Part shown: piece after piece, positions 38,411 to 57,799 of the stretch
Layout: every line of letters begins with the position of its first letter
Position numbering within the stretch: position 1 is the first letter of the stretch
Assembly (NCBI RefSeq): GCF_009914755.1
Contig: NC_060935.1
Direction: 5' to 3' (one strand)
Origin: the human T2T-CHM13v2.0 reference genome, Homo sapiens
DNA: 64,000 nt
The notes under the pieces: generated by a model
The model's database searches: none
What the model saw: only the letters and a program-made list of their open reading frames with translations
Told to the model about the DNA's origin: nothing
Translations under genes and position numbers: made by a program

Positions 38411-40529
38411 AAAGTGAGTGTAATATAATGTCCTGCTTACACAATAACACGATTGTTTGTGAGAAAGTGTTTGAAAGCAGAATAGTATGTACAGATGAAA
38501 GAACATGGAGAGGGCCAGAAAGGCGGGGAGGAGAACTGCTGTGCTTGGGATTGAGTCCTGTGGGCCCCAATCAAGACAGGAGTCTTCCCTCTCTCATCCA
38601 CCACCAAGACCCCAGTGCCCAGCTCCATGCCCATGCTGGAGAAAGAGACACTGAAACATTCTCTGTTGAACAACTGAGTGGATGTGATTTCCATCTCAGG
38701 CCTTTACCTGCTTTTGACCTTAGGTAAGCTATTTAATCATTCTGTGTTTCTTTTTTCTTACTGCATTATTCAGTTAATACTTCAAGGGACCAAATTCTTT
38801 GCTGGGTAGAGGGACTGATGAGCTGAGGTTTCCACCCTCCTGGAGTTTGTGTTATTAATATAAAGAGTGATGAGAGAATGCAAATATGTAAACAAGGAAA
38901 AAGAAAATTTCTGATGGTAAAAAATGCTGTGATGGAAATTAGACTGTGTGATAAGAGAGGGTCAGCAATGCTATTTGCATGGTTGGTTGGGGAGGGTCAC
39001 TCTAAGGAGGTGACCCCCTGCAGAGCCCAGAGGAGGGGCATTCTGGGCAGAGGAAAAACAGGTTTTCTTACCTGAAAATTGAGGGTGAGAGGACCCACTT
39101 CTAACAACTGTAAGGGGTCAAATGAAGGAAACTTGACTTGAGACATTTTCAAGTTTCCTACAAGTAAAAGAGATCATGGACTTTTCTTCTGGAGTCTCAA
39201 CCTCAGTCCCCAGATGACCTAGAAACTCAGAACGACAGTATTTGATTCCTTGGGTGTAATGCAGAGCTCAATATACTCAAAAACTGCACTGTAGACCAAA
39301 CTGTTTCTACCTGTCAGTGGGGAGATAAGTACAAACATTGAAGGTGTTTAAAAACTTGGATAGTGCCATGACATTCAAGCACATATTGTATTTTGTAGAT
39401 TTCCCCCATTTCATTTTTCTGTTAATCAATCTATGATAGACTGGGAAGAAGAAGAAGAAAAAAACCAACTGGTTCCTTAACCACAGAAAGTTTGAAAATT
39501 GGTATAGTGACTTTCGAGTCAGAAAAAGCTGAGATTTATTACAGTTCAATCTTTTACTGGCTGGTTGACCTTAATTAAGTTGCATAATCTCCCTGTGCCT
39601 TGGTTCCTTCTGCAAAATAAGCATAACAGTGCTCACGTGTTAAGGCTTTGGAATTTCAATGCAGTAACCTGTGTAAAGCACCCGACACAGTAACTGATGC
39701 AAAAATGTTAACTCCCACTATCATTATTACTAGTATATTACATCCATTAATTCAGTTAACAAATAGTACCATTTACTGAGTGCCTACTATGTGCTAGGCC
39801 TTCCCCTAGGAATAGGGGTACTATAAGAACCATAAAATCCCCCTCTCCCCAGTTTACATGGGGGAGAGATAATAAATGAGCAAGCAAAACAAATGATCTA
39901 TCAGATGGTGGTAATTCCTATGGAGACAAAACAGGGAAGGCAGAGAGGGGAGAGAAAGCCTCACTGAGCAGAGAGGAAAGACGTAGGGAGGGAGCCCATC
40001 AAATGTCTAGAGAGTGTTCTAGGTGGGCAGACAGAAAGTGCAAAGGCCCTGAGGTGGGACCATATCCTGCCTGGTGTGTTCAGGGAACAGCAGGGAGGCC
40101 AGTGTACCACAAACAGATCAGAGAGGTGAAGAGGGGCAGAGATAAGTCAGAACAGGAGAAGGGGCTTTGTCCTCCTGGCTATCCCTAGAACCGTGGGTTC
40201 AGCAGACACTTGAGAAGGGCTTGGTTTCTTGGTGGGAGCTTTCTCCGTGGAGGCCAGGGCCTTGAGTCTGTGAGGGGCAGGGGAGCCTGTGCCTGGTTTT
40301 GTGATGCTTCCCATCCCCAAATCCAAGCTTGGGGCCTTTAACTCTCCTTGCTGCAATGCTAAGCCTGAACTGAACAGTAGTTCTTACCAGTTGAGCCCAC
40401 ACTGTAGTCTCAGATGGATCTTTTTCAGCGGAAATAAGATCAGTTCAAAAGCTGCTTGTGAAATCAAATCCAGATTTCTGTCACCCATGCTTTTCAATGT
40501 GCACAAGCTTGTTAGTTTCTTAATATATA

Positions 40530-41166
40530 CAGTTGGTCCTCATTTTTCACAGATTCTGAGTTCGTGAGTTCATCTGCATGCTAACAGTTATTTGTAACTC
40601 CCAAATCAATGCTGGCCGTGCTTTCATGGTCATTCTTGGACATGCACGTTGTGAGAGCAAGTGAGACACCTGTCATGCACATTCGCAACTGAGGTCCAGC
40701 AAAGTGACACTTGCCTTCCTGATTCAGTTATAAATGAATGTCCTCTTCACGGTCTAGTTAGTGCTATGGCTTTTGCATTTTTGTGCTTTATATGGGCGAT
40801 TTTGCTGTTTAAAATGACCCCCATCATAGTATTGATGTGCTGTCTTGTGTTTCTAAGTGGAAGAAGGCTGTGATGTGCCTTATAGAGAAAATATGTGTGT
40901 TTGAGCATCGTTCAGGCCTGAGTTGTAGTGCTGTTGGCTGTGAGTTCAGTGTTAATCAACAGTATATAGTATATTAAATAACGTGTCTTTAAACAGAAAC
41001 ACACATAAAACAAGGTTATGCATTGATTGGTTGATGAAGATGTGACCAGAGGATCACAGGAGCCTAACCCCATGACTCCCCTAGAAGCAATGGTTCAGGA
41101 TTCGTTAGTTCAGTGTTAGTGGTGACGTTATGGAATATAACCACTGTGAATAACAAGAGTCAACTA
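40530..41166 (+). mobile_element. MER82 (Tigger-family DNA transposon)
   Basis: CAGTTGGTCCTC...GAGTCAACT ends flanked by TA; internal sequence resembles MER82. Confidence 0.8.
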
Positions 41167-41304
41167 TATGCGGCTAAACTGTTTTCATGTGAAGTACAAT
41201 TTATACTGTTATAACAGGGTCTAGAATATCGGTTTTACCGCACATCTGCCAGCATTAAAGCATTAAATGTTATCATTAATTTTTTTTTCTAATTTGATAG
41301 GTGA

Positions 41305-41624
<320 letters not shown>

Positions 41625-41959
41625 TAATTCTAATGTGTGTTTTTTGACTGGCAGCAAGGTTGAATGTTTCTCCTTGTTGGTTAAAGTCCAGGCCCAGTGC
41701 ATTTAAGACAAATTTCCTTGAGTCCTATGTGACAGGCAGAAAGGATTGAAGTACTTCTGGGTCATCCTGATGGCAAGAAGCCAGCACCAGGGCTGCACAT
41801 GGCAAGTTATTTTATTTCAGGACTTCCATGAAATAAAGGGAAACAACAATTGATTGAGTCCCTAGTGTGTACAAGTCCTGTGCCAGTCTTCTACATCCAA
41901 GCAGGTTACTTTACCCCTGGGATAACACAGCCAGCTCCGACATCAGTGCTTCTCCTCAT

Positions 41960-42210
41960 AGTGGTTAGAGCAGAGCTTTTGGGTCAGACTGCCTTGATTT
42001 GAAAATAAATATAACCAACTTACTGGCGGTGTGATCTTGGGCACTTTCTTAACCAGTGCTCAGTTTCCTCATCTGTAATGTTGGAGTTGATGATAATAAT
42101 ACTATCTTACCTCATAGATTTGACATGTGGATAAAATGAGTTAGCACATGAAAATCACCTAGAACAAAGCCCAGCACACTGTAAAGCCTCCATGCATGTT
42201 GGCTGTTGTT
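41960..42210. mobile_element. MIR
   Basis: cagtttcctcatctgtaa core. Confidence 0.65.
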
Positions 42211-42786
42211 ATTAAGTACGAAGCACCATTGTGGGGCATGGCGAATACATAATCCTTGTCCCACAGAAGCTTGCCTAGGAGACAAGATTTGCACCCTTGA
42301 AATGAAACTCTTTCCATGTTGGCAGGTGTGGCTTAGCAGAAAGAACACCACCTGAGGTGTCAGGAATTCTAGCTCTGCATCCCATTTGCTGATTTCTTGG
42401 GCTTAAATCACTTTACCTCTTAGAACCGCGGTATATTCACAGGTTAAAAATATACCTAACCCTTAGGATGCATTCTCACATGTCTTATTTAGTCTTCACA
42501 ACATTCAAATGACATCAGTCTTAATGTTCCCATTTTACTGATGAGGAAATTGCAGCTTACAGGCTGAGATGTCTTGTCTGAGATCCTGTAGCTAGTGAGA
42601 GGAAGGACTTTTGATCACAGTCCATTGATCTGCTTACCACCCCTGATGCCTCTAGTATAAAATAAAGGATTTGGTCTGGAGGCCTCTCTAGCCCCTGCCA
42701 GCTACTAGTCTGTGACCATTTAAGAGGAAGAGTGGTGGGTTAGGGGACTTAGCTTACTTAAGAGGTACATCTTCATGGTTGGTTAA

Positions 42787-43173
<387 letters not shown>

Positions 43174-43840
43174 TGAGTGACTTTCAGCCAGTGTTTCTGC
43201 ATTGACTTGTTTTCTGGCTGGTGGCTCTTTTGCCTGCCAGTGTGAGCAGGATCAACACATGTGTTCCTCTTCCCTCCTCCTTGTTCCTTCTCTCTGCTGT
43301 TGTTTCTGAAGCTGCAGTCAATAAGCCTTCCTCGGGAGTTGTTCTGCAGCTTGAACAGTTAAGCAAGTCTAATCTTTTTGTTTGCAGCCACCTTGGGCAA
43401 TTGGCTACTGAATATGCTGCCTCTGCTAGCCTTGCCTGCTTGCTGGGAGAATTAAGTTCTCTCTTCCCCAGCTCCTCTGATACTGAGTAGCAGAGTGCAC
43501 GGTGGCTAACACATCCTCATGACATAATCCCTACCCTTTGGCAAGGTCAAACATTGCTTTGCTCTTTGATACCTGCAGACCAAATGCCATAATTACCTTT
43601 TTGTCTTGATAGTAACTGGTATTAGGTTTTGACTTCTTGCTTTTTCCTCAAAGTCAAGGCTATTTGGCTGTCACGGGGCTACCCATCCTAAGCCAGTAGA
43701 ATCTGAAATGAACTTTCTTTCCTTATTTGCTATCACTGCAAGTGGCAGCTCTATGAGAATGGCCTTTCCAGCTTGTAACTGTCACCTCAGCCCTTCCCAG
43801 GGCCTTGGCTTGTCAGGGGAAGAAGGTTTATGTGTGGTAT

Positions 43841-44247
43841 TGTATTAGGCCGTTCTTGTGTTGCTATAAATACCTGAGACTGGGTAGTTTATAAAAAGAG
43901 GTTTAATTGGCTCACTGTTCTACAGGCTGTACATAGTGCCGACATTGCTAGGCTTCTGGGTAGGTCTCAGGGAGCTTTTACTCATGGCAGAACGTGAAGT
44001 GGAAGCAGGCACATCACATGGCGAAATCAGGAGCAAGAGAGAGAATAGGTGGGGGCGGTGGGGGGGAGGTTAGGTGCCACACACTATTAAATGACCATAT
44101 CTCATGAGAACACTATCACAAAGACATCACCAAGCCATAAGGGATCCGCCCCCCAACCCAAACATCTCCCACCAGGCCCCACCTCCAGCACTGGGGATTA
44201 CAATTCAACTTGAGATTTGGGTGGGAACAAATATCCAAACTATATCA
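43841..44247 (-). mobile_element. MST-family MaLR solo LTR
   Basis: TGTATTAG...ATATCA termini; 5-bp TSD ggtat on both sides. Confidence 0.9.
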
Positions 44248-46783
44248 GGTATCAATGGTCCTTTTCTTGCTGAGTTTTTCTCACTGGTTAGCAATGAAGA
44301 AGACAAAGTTAATGGCGTGTGTGTGTGTGTGTGTGTATGCACGTGCAGAAATAAATACACCCATTCACTGGTAAACAAATAAGAATCAGAATGCAGTGTC
44401 ATTTATTTGGTGAACTTCTCATCTTTTGAGGTCCAGACCAGGGGCCACCTCCTCTATGAATCATGAACTGATGCTTAGACTTTTTGTCCTTGTCCTGCTC
44501 CTGGTGTGGGCATTGACTATAACTGTTAACATCCCTATATAGTAATATATCTCTCTACAGGCTTGTTTTTTACTCAACTATGGACTCCTTGAGATCAGAG
44601 ACTAAATCTTCAGTATCTTCATTTTCTGATTGTTTGGAAGAGAGCCTAGCACAATAGGAGTTTAATAAATGTTTGTTGAATGAATGAATGAAGGGTGGGT
44701 AGATGCCTCCTGTGTGTCTGGGTAAGCCACTGTGCCAGCTTATTCTCTTAGTGGTTACAGCCAAAGCTGAATGTCATCCATCAAATGGATTCTGACTTGC
44801 AAACACTAAAAAAGCACATTATGATGAATGTCACTTGCTCAGCCAAACCCCATTACAAAAGGCCAGTGGACCGCAAATGTAACAGCCTCTAAACCCAAAC
44901 TGGGCAAACAACCCTCCTGCTTGGAACCTAAACTGAACCGAGTATCTGTCATCTATTGAAATTTCCAACTGAGCTAAAGTTGTTCCCTGCCTCCCTGAAC
45001 CATCCCCTCCGATGCCTCCTGGCCAAATTTTACTTGGTAAACTAGTTGCAATGGGAATCAAACCTATATTTTATTCCAGAACAAAATAAGGAGTTTAAAA
45101 ATATTTCCATTTCTGCATAAACCAATGCTTCATTTCATTGGCATTCTGCCCTCCTGTGAGTCTGGTTATCTTTTGGATCAAATATTGCATCATTTGACAA
45201 GTTATGATGGCCATGGAAGTGGGCAGGACTACACCCTTGTTTACAGAGGACAGATCTAAAACCAACTGCCCTTGTCCCTGACACCAGGTTTGGTGTCACC
45301 AGGTGAGGGTGGTTAATTCCTCATCATCTCAAATGCCCCCATCCACAGGGAGCTTCACTGTTTCCAGGGCATGTACAGAGCCACTCTTTCACTCAGTCCC
45401 AAAAATGGTCCTGTAAGCTGGGTGGCCCAGGATATCATCCCCATTTTAGAGATGAGGACATAGAGACCAAGAGAGGAGGTCACACACACACTTGCCCAAG
45501 TGCTAGAGACAAGAATCAAACTTTATTTTGGGGGATTCCAGCTCGATTTCTCTTACCTCAATGACTCAACCATGCCCTCTGAGCACCCAGCCTGCTGCTC
45601 AATGGTACATGTATGATTTGGTTCCCCAAACATCTTCCCCAAGTGAATGTGTGCTCCAAGTTAAAGAAAACTGTTTAATGGAAGACTGTTTTGTCTTGTG
45701 CCAATTCCTCACTTTTCCTCCTTCCACTGCCAATGCAAGTAAAACCTTGGTTATTTAAAAGTCAGGTTTATTAAAGTGTAATTTACACAAAATAAGGTAT
45801 AATTGGATGGGTTCTGAAAAAAGCATACACTCCTGGAATGATCACCAATCTAGATAAAATATTTTCATCACTCCAAAAAGTTCCACTGGGCCCCTTTGCA
45901 GCCCTCCTTCCCTACTCACAAGCACACTGAGGTAAATGAATACCAGCTACTTAATACAGTTAATTGTAATGTCTAGTAACTAGAACTCAGTCCAAGTAAT
46001 ACAAGAAAGAAACCAGTCATTTAATCTACCAAACACAAAATATACCTTGCAGCATTTACTGGGGATGTTTTAAAGTCTTTCTTTACAACTTCAGGGCCTT
46101 TTTGCTTTCTTGGTTGGGTCCAACATCCATGGAATTTAAGACATCTTAATCCTTTAAGGGAGTGAAGTCACAAAAAAGGGTATTTATATTAGAGAATTTT
46201 TTTTCACAACCATACTCCAAGGGCCCCATCACTCATCTACTGAAACTTCCAAAGCCCTTGTAAAAGATGCCCTAGGCTGAAAAGAAATGCTACCTCTATA
46301 ATCTTATAAAGTCCACAAGACTTTGGGCACATTAGGCTTCTGAAGAGTGTTGATTTTTGCTAACTAAAATGACAAAATGATGAAATACATAGGATTTGTT
46401 TTACTCTCCCCTGTTCGTTACTTGAGCACAGTTAGAATAAGAGCAAAATAAGCTTGACAGATTCCCCCCAAATAACTGGTACCCTACTGTGTTTGAAGTA
46501 TTTTTGACCTTCACCAGGGTGCTCTAGACTAAAAAAGCATTTACATGAAATGGTAGCTTTAGCTGATAATTCAGTAGATACTTGCAACAGTCCTGGTCCA
46601 AACGAAAGCACTGAAATTCAGGTAACTTTATTTAAATTCAAAAACAATTCTTAAAATTGCATTTAGAGTCAAGACCTTTTTGTATTAAAAAAATCACAAG
46701 ACATATTTCTAAGTAAGGCAAAAGTTAGTTCTAGGTTAACAAGACCAGATTTGACTTTAGACTTTAAAAAATTATAGAGAATA

Positions 46784-50097
<3,314 letters not shown>

Positions 50098-50322
50098 AAA
50101 TTATAGAGAATAGAGAAAAATAGGTTATATACAGAAAATTATACTTACATATGTACTCAGAAGCATAAATTTGGTGACAGAAAAGACTTTATTATATACT
50201 GGCATCCCAGAAGCAGTTCTGAAAGAGCTTAGTTTTATTTTCTTGAATTTTAAGAATGCCTAAGATCCTTCTTCATTTTCAATATTGGGAGGCAGGTAAT
50301 ATTTACTTTAAATGTCCCATAT

Positions 50323-50910
<588 letters not shown>

Positions 50911-50913
50911 TCA

Positions 50914-51377
<464 letters not shown>

Positions 51378-54300
51378 CTACAGGAAGGTGCGAAGGAAGA
51401 AGGTCTAGGCAGTTTTGGCTTTATGAAGCTCAGAGCAAGTGGGCAAACGCCGTGGGAAGAGGCTGAGACCTCAAAAGATGATGACAAATCCACTATGCCT
51501 GCAACTGTTTAATCAAGACTTGTTTTTTTAATGAAGAGCTGGTGCGTGTTCAGGAGCACGAGTGGTGGAATTCACAGATTGCTATCCTCAGAATACCTTC
51601 CTGGCAGAAACCCAGGAGCCATGCTGGGATCCACACCCACTCCACCTCCCGCCCTTGCAGTTTCTGCTGGCATCACTGGAGACAGTGGAGACTTGTCCGT
51701 TACTCTGGCAGGGATTGGACATGCCTCCAGTGGGCTGTCGCTCCAGAAAGCAGAGAGCAAAGGAAGCCTCTGGCTAGGCTGTCACCAGCCCCTGAGTGGA
51801 TGCATCATGCCCAGGGATTGGCAGTGAGTCATTGAAGCCCCAGACTGGTGGTAGCCAAGTTCCTTGAAGCCTTTACCTTGCGTATTGCTGAGTGGCACTA
51901 TTGTAGGCAGGAGAGGAGGGCCACAGAGGCATAAAGGCTGTCTGCCCCCGAGCTTCTTCCTGGGAGGCCTGCAGGTACCTAAAGTGTCAGAAAAGCCATT
52001 AGTGCTTCCTCCCCAGGTGTCCGCAAGTGTCCCCAGTCATCTGAGAGATGATCTTAGGAGTCACTTGGAGGACTATTGGGTTTTAAATGTAATAGTCATG
52101 CATTTTAATGTCTCTTCTATTTATGGCAAGTCATATAGGTTTTCAATCAGTGGTCATAATGGTTTTTTAAAAATAATGTTAAAAAAGTGAATCTGTTTAA
52201 AGAAAATTGTTAAGGGAAGCAGCATAGCATAGTAGTTAAGAGAATGAACTCTGAAGACGGATGCATGGTCAGACTCCCAGCACCACACTTACCAGTTATG
52301 GGACAGTGGGTAAGTACTTCACTGTGCTGCAGTTTCCTTATCTTTAAGGAATAACAGTAGTACCCACTTCATGAGTTAGTTCATGTAAGCACTTACAACA
52401 TGTCCCAGCTCACACTAAGCATCACATAGGTAACTGTTAAATAAAATGCAGTGAATCAAGGTGGTAGGGGAGTATAGGGCAAACATAATGAGGATGGGTC
52501 TAGAACAAGAGAAGTTTGTAGGAATGTTTGTCTTCTGCAATTCTTGCTCTGACAGTTGGGGGCCCAGGGCCCAGGGAGCAGAATGGCTGTATCCAAAGTC
52601 ATAAACTGACATAGCATGGCAAGGCAGAATGAAATCCCTGCTCACTTGACTCACTATCAACTACAGGGCTGCAGAGGTGGCCCCTTCTATGGAGAAAGCA
52701 ATTTGTCCCATGGGCCACTCAAAATGGCAAACATAGTCTCCAACAGAGGTGACGCAGACATTACCTCAGAGGCAGCCTTGATATCGCTGACCCCTCAGAT
52801 GGATGCAGTTTCCCATAGCTCCTACTTGCTGATGAGATGGCCATGGCCATAAAGCAGTCTTCCAGAGTCTGTCCCAGGTAGATCTCAGGCCTCCATACGC
52901 CAGGGCCAGGCAATAGAGGTCATGGCCGGAGCCTCAGGACCTACCACAGAGCTGGCCCATGGAAGCCTCTGAAGGAATGTTTGATGACTCACCAAATGAA
53001 TGAATGAATGAATGAATAAACATCCCCATTACATGGATCAGCTGATCAGCTAAGCAGAGGATACGCATGTGCCCAAGGGCCCTTTTGGTGCAGTGTGTGT
53101 TGTTCTTTCTGTGGGTGAGGCTGTTGAGGTATGTGTCTACAGAAGGTGCTAGCATAGTGCTGGGTGTGTCATACACGAGGCCACGCCCTACACTTGTGCA
53201 AGTTTTCTGTGACCTCTGGGATCTGAAAGATCAGTATTTCCTAGAGTTGAGCAACAGTGAGGTTAGGGGAGTTTGAAGGAGGGAATGGAGGTGTGACATT
53301 TCTGGGGCCCAGGACCCAGGGAAGTAAGAAAGATGGTGTTTATGAAGGCACTTAGCTGCAAGGGCGAGGTCCTATAGGCAGGTTTAGGGCTTAATGACTA
53401 TAATCACTTTGGCATGAGTAGCTGACATGGGCATCTCACTATACAGTTTACCTAAAGCACTGCCACTCCAGTTTCATCACTGGCTCCTCAGCACTGCATG
53501 AGTGCAGAGCAGTTATTGCAGTTTCTATTTAAAAACAAAGCCTGCTAAATGGCAAAGCTGGATAGAATCAGCTCCTCTGAGCCCATGTCCAGTATGATCT
53601 CAAGCCAGGCTGCGTTCTGATTGTGTATATCCCAGTAACCATTCCTGGCCATGACATGGTGCTTAGCACATGATTCTCATCCCCTACCTCCAGGATTGTT
53701 TGCTGATGAGTCAGTGACCAAATGAATAGTGCAAAGGAGAGACAAGAGACCTGGGGTGAGGGCAAAGGGTGTCAGGTCGGGGCTGAAGAGCGCAGGAGGA
53801 AGAAAGGGCTGGAACGAATTCTCTGAAGATGAGCTGCTTCTTTCATGACTATGTGGGCCAGGCCAGGTTTCGGCTCAAGCCTCTCCTTGCTTTTAAGTTA
53901 TCAGAAAATTTGTCATTGGTTCCCTAAATATTGAATGTGTTGGATCCAGAGTTCTCACCATGGGCCACAAGGTGCCATTGAGCTGGCTGCCCACTGTCTT
54001 CTCTCTTCCACTCTGTAGCCCCTGGAATGTCACTTCATTGGCCGCCTTTTGCCACTTCTAAAACATTCCAGCATACTTAGGCCTCAGGGCTTTTGCACTT
54101 GCTGTTCTCTCTGCCTGATATGCCTTTCCCCCACTGTCTACCTCAAATGTACCTCCTCAGAGAGGCCCTCTCTGCCACCTTGCCCCCTTGGCCTACCTTG
54201 TTTTTCTCCATAACACTGATCACTCCTTGGCATTTTATTGTATATGCATTTCTATCTATCTACTGGAAATGAAGCATCACAAGGCCAGAGATCTTTGCCT

Positions 54301-54820
54301 GCTTTGTTCATTGCTGTATGCCCAGTGCCTAGCACAATGACTCGCATATATTAGGTACATTAGGCATATTAGATTCAAATTAAACGTATTTGAATGAGTT
54401 AATGTGGTTTGAAGCTTTTACCTCTCTGAAGCTTCTAGGTGTGCTACTTTCACAGGAAGAGCAATCCTGGCCTAGGATGCTAGTGCCTACAAAGTGGCAG
54501 AGCTTGTACTTTATTAGATTCACTATATCCTTAGAAAAGAGGAGGCATGTTGGATAAGATGCAGCCCCAGCCCCCCAGCCTCTGCCAAAACCAACGTGTC
54601 CCAGTCTGAAGCAGATTCTAGTTGAGCTGGATGGTGGACTGGTAGACCAGCATCCCTCTGGCCAGAACAGACATGGATGGCGGGACTGGGAAAGGTCGGG
54701 ACTGAGAATGGCTGAGATCAGGACATCAGGGGTCAAAGATCAAGACAGGGATCTGGGGCTGGGGCTAGGGCTGGGAAGAGCCAATGGGTCCTTGGTGGGC
54801 ATTTAGGGGAGCTGGGTAGT

Positions 54821-55181
54821 TGATATAGTTTGGCTGTGTCCCTACCCAAATTTCATCTTGAATTGTAGCTCCCATAATCCCCATGTGTCATGGGAGGGAC
54901 CCAGTGGGAGATAGTTGAATCATGGAGGCAGTTTCACCCATACTGTTCTCGTGGTAGTGAATAAGTCTCACAAAATCTGATGATTTTATAAGCGGAAATC
55001 CCTTTCACCTGGCTCTCATTCTCTCTTGCCTGCTGCCATGTATGGTGTACCTTTTGCCTTCTGCCAGGATTGTGAGGCCTCCCCAGCCATGTGGAACTGT
55101 GAGTCCATTAAACTTCTTTTTCTTTAAAAATTACCCATCTCAGGTATGTTTTTATCAGCAGCATGAAAATGGACTAATAGA
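54821..55181 (+). mobile_element. THE1/MST MaLR solo LTR
   Basis: TGATATAGTTTGGCTGTG...GGACTAATA; TSD gtagt/gtagc. Confidence 0.9.
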
Positions 55182-55447
55182 GTAGCCAACGTTTCTGAAA
55201 TGATAATATGGGCCCAGTTCAGGTGGCTTCTTGTAAGCTATTGATACTTAGGACTTCTCTGCTGGCCCTACCTGGGCATGAAAGGTCCATTTCTTGACAG
55301 GATAAATGGCAACAATATTGTAATATGTAAAGATCCTACATATCTGTTATCTCATAACAACCATGTGTAGTATGTTTATTCATTTAGGTAACAAATATGT
55401 GTTGATCCCGTGTAAGAACCAGGCACTGTAGATGTTGCCTCAGTCAC

Positions 55448-55871
55448 TGTCTTAGTCCATTTGTGTTGCTATGGACTCAGGTATACCTGAGCCTGGATGA
55501 CTTATAAAGGAAAGAGGTTCATTTGGCTGACAGTTCTGCAGGCTGTACAAGAAGCATGGAGCTGGCATCTGTTGATGGCTTCTGGTGAAGGTCTCAGGCT
55601 GTCTCCACTCACTGCAGAAGGGGAAGGGGAATTGGTGTATGCAGAGGTTATGTGGTGAGACAGGAAGCAAGGGAGATGAGGGAGGTGCCAGGCTTTTTAT
55701 AACGATCAGTTCTCCTGCGAGCTAACAGAGAACTCATTACCTCAAGGGGGCACCAAGCCATTCACGAGGGATCCATCCCCATGACCCAACACCTCCCATT
55801 AGGCCCCACCTCCAACACTGGAGATCAAATTTCAACATGAGGTTTGGGGGACAAACATCCAAACTATAGCA
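55448..55871 (-). mobile_element. MST/MLT1A-like MaLR solo LTR
   Basis: TGTCTTAGTCC...AACTATAGCA; TSD gtcac on both sides. Confidence 0.85.
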
Positions 55872-57331
55872 GTCACATATAGGAAATCTCTACATTTATA
55901 GGGGTAACTAACACTCCTGCAACAAAATAGATGATGGTTTACTAAAATACATCAGCTGCTTTATCATCAGTGCTAAGAATAGTGGTTATTACACGGTAGA
56001 TGCTCAATTAATATTTTTGAATTGCTGGATTAATATGTAGGTTAATGACTTCACCCATTTACTGAACAAGGAAGTAGCCCAGAAAAATCAGATTTGGAAA
56101 TCTGGCTCAGGGTGGTTTTACTCTTGAGACCAAATGGTTCTCTCTGATTCTAAGGACTTTGAAGCTTTACAGACTTGGTATTAATACATTTCTAAACTAA
56201 AAATGCCAAAAAATATTGCGGGGAAGTGGTTAAAAGCTGCCAGCTTTTCATTTTTCCAAGTAAGGAGATGGAGAAAGATATTACCGACAATTGTTATTTC
56301 GTAAAAGGGCATTTAAACACTTCAATTGTGTGAAGGGTGATCCTAGAATTTTAAAACATTGGGTACATATTGGTTCTATGAAAAAGTTACTACATTGTTC
56401 TAATTTTTTTCCCATTTCACTGAGGATTGGGGTAAACTTCACTGATCCACAGTGAAGAGACAGGTCCGGGCTCAGATGGGCATTTGGGAGCCTCTGGCCT
56501 GGAGGAACCAGTCACTCAAGTTCTTTCCTCTCTCTTTGTCTCTCTTTTTAGTCCTCTTCCCTTTCTTCTTCTCTTTCTTCTTCCTTTCTCACCTCTTACA
56601 TACAGACACACTTAGACACACTGAGGCACATTTCAAAGCTCCCGAGAGAAGCAGACCATGTATCAGAGTTAGACCTCTGGTGGGGAAGAAAGACAACCTC
56701 TCCTGTTCTGAGCACTGCTTTCCCAACTCTAAAAAGAAAACGAGAAGGGGGTGGAGGTGAAGGGGAGGAGAATCTTCCCTACCTTCCCATCAGCCTTCTT
56801 TATTATATCTGTTCAAAGTGAAAAAAAATGGTTTTAAACTCTCAGTGTTAGTTTATGACCCCTATTAATCACATGTAATAACCCTCCCAATTATTAAATT
56901 ATGGAGACATGTGTTTCCTCAGCCAAACAGACTAATTGTTTACTGAAATGAATTAACATATAGAAAAGCCTCAGTTCTATGGAGGCTGAAACTTTGCATA
57001 ATGAGTTTATCAGCCTTAAAAGCAGCCCAGATGAGCTTTTTTTTTTTTTCTTTCTTTTTTTTTTTTTTTTTGGTGAAATAAACATGCTGATTATAGTGAA
57101 GCTTATCCATGCTGGCATCTTGCCATTTGCTATTTCTTTAATAAACACCGGTCGAGTTGTGTATCTGTTTTCACTTTCATTTATCAAGGCTCCCCTTTGC
57201 AATTAACAGCTGTGGTAGAGGTGCGGTGGGGGTGGGAAAGACATGTTCTTACCAGCCTCCCCCTCCAGGTCCCCAAAGTTGCTCATGTGGGGCTCTCTTT
57301 GTATTTTAATAGGCTTGCCAATCAGCTGACT

Positions 57332-57332
<1 letters not shown>

Positions 57333-57362
<30 letters not shown>
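57333..57362. repeat. (CAG)10 repeat
   Basis: read directly from the sequence. Confidence 0.95.
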
Positions 57363-57363
<1 letters not shown>

Positions 57364-57799
57364 GATGCACAGATCTGATCTGCGTTGGCAATATACTTGT
57401 AATTCGGACATGCATCTCCAGGACACCAGCCTTAGCAGGAAGGGGAGCCAATCAAGGGGAAGCAATTATGCAAATTTAAAATGTAAACTCTCTGGAGCCC
57501 CTGCCACAACCTGGTAAGAGGATAAAGGTCTGCTTTCCATTCCTTTCTCTAGTGACAGCAAGCTCTCTTCCCACATATCTTCTAGGGAGATTCCTAAGTC
57601 ATTTAAGCATCTGCAAAATGGCCCCATGGACACGTGGTTTGGAATGAGGATTTATGGGTAATTATATCTAAAAAACTCTTATTTTTCATGGTACTCATGA
57701 AGCCACTCAGTCTCCTACATTTTTTTAATCTAGTGATTTAGGGACTGTGTCAAATGTTCACCAAAGGACATTCAGATCATTCATTCATTCAACAAGCGT

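Noticed and set aside
45669-45692. similarity of aactgtttaat..aagact.gtttt to 51503-51528 as a possible PCNA pseudogene TSD
   Set aside because: part of the right-hand copy is PCNA 5'UTR itself, and no poly-T follows the left copy; probably chance
57197-57517. poly-Ala and poly-Cys ORFs over the CAG repeat
   Set aside because: short frames produced by the microsatellite; no coding evidence
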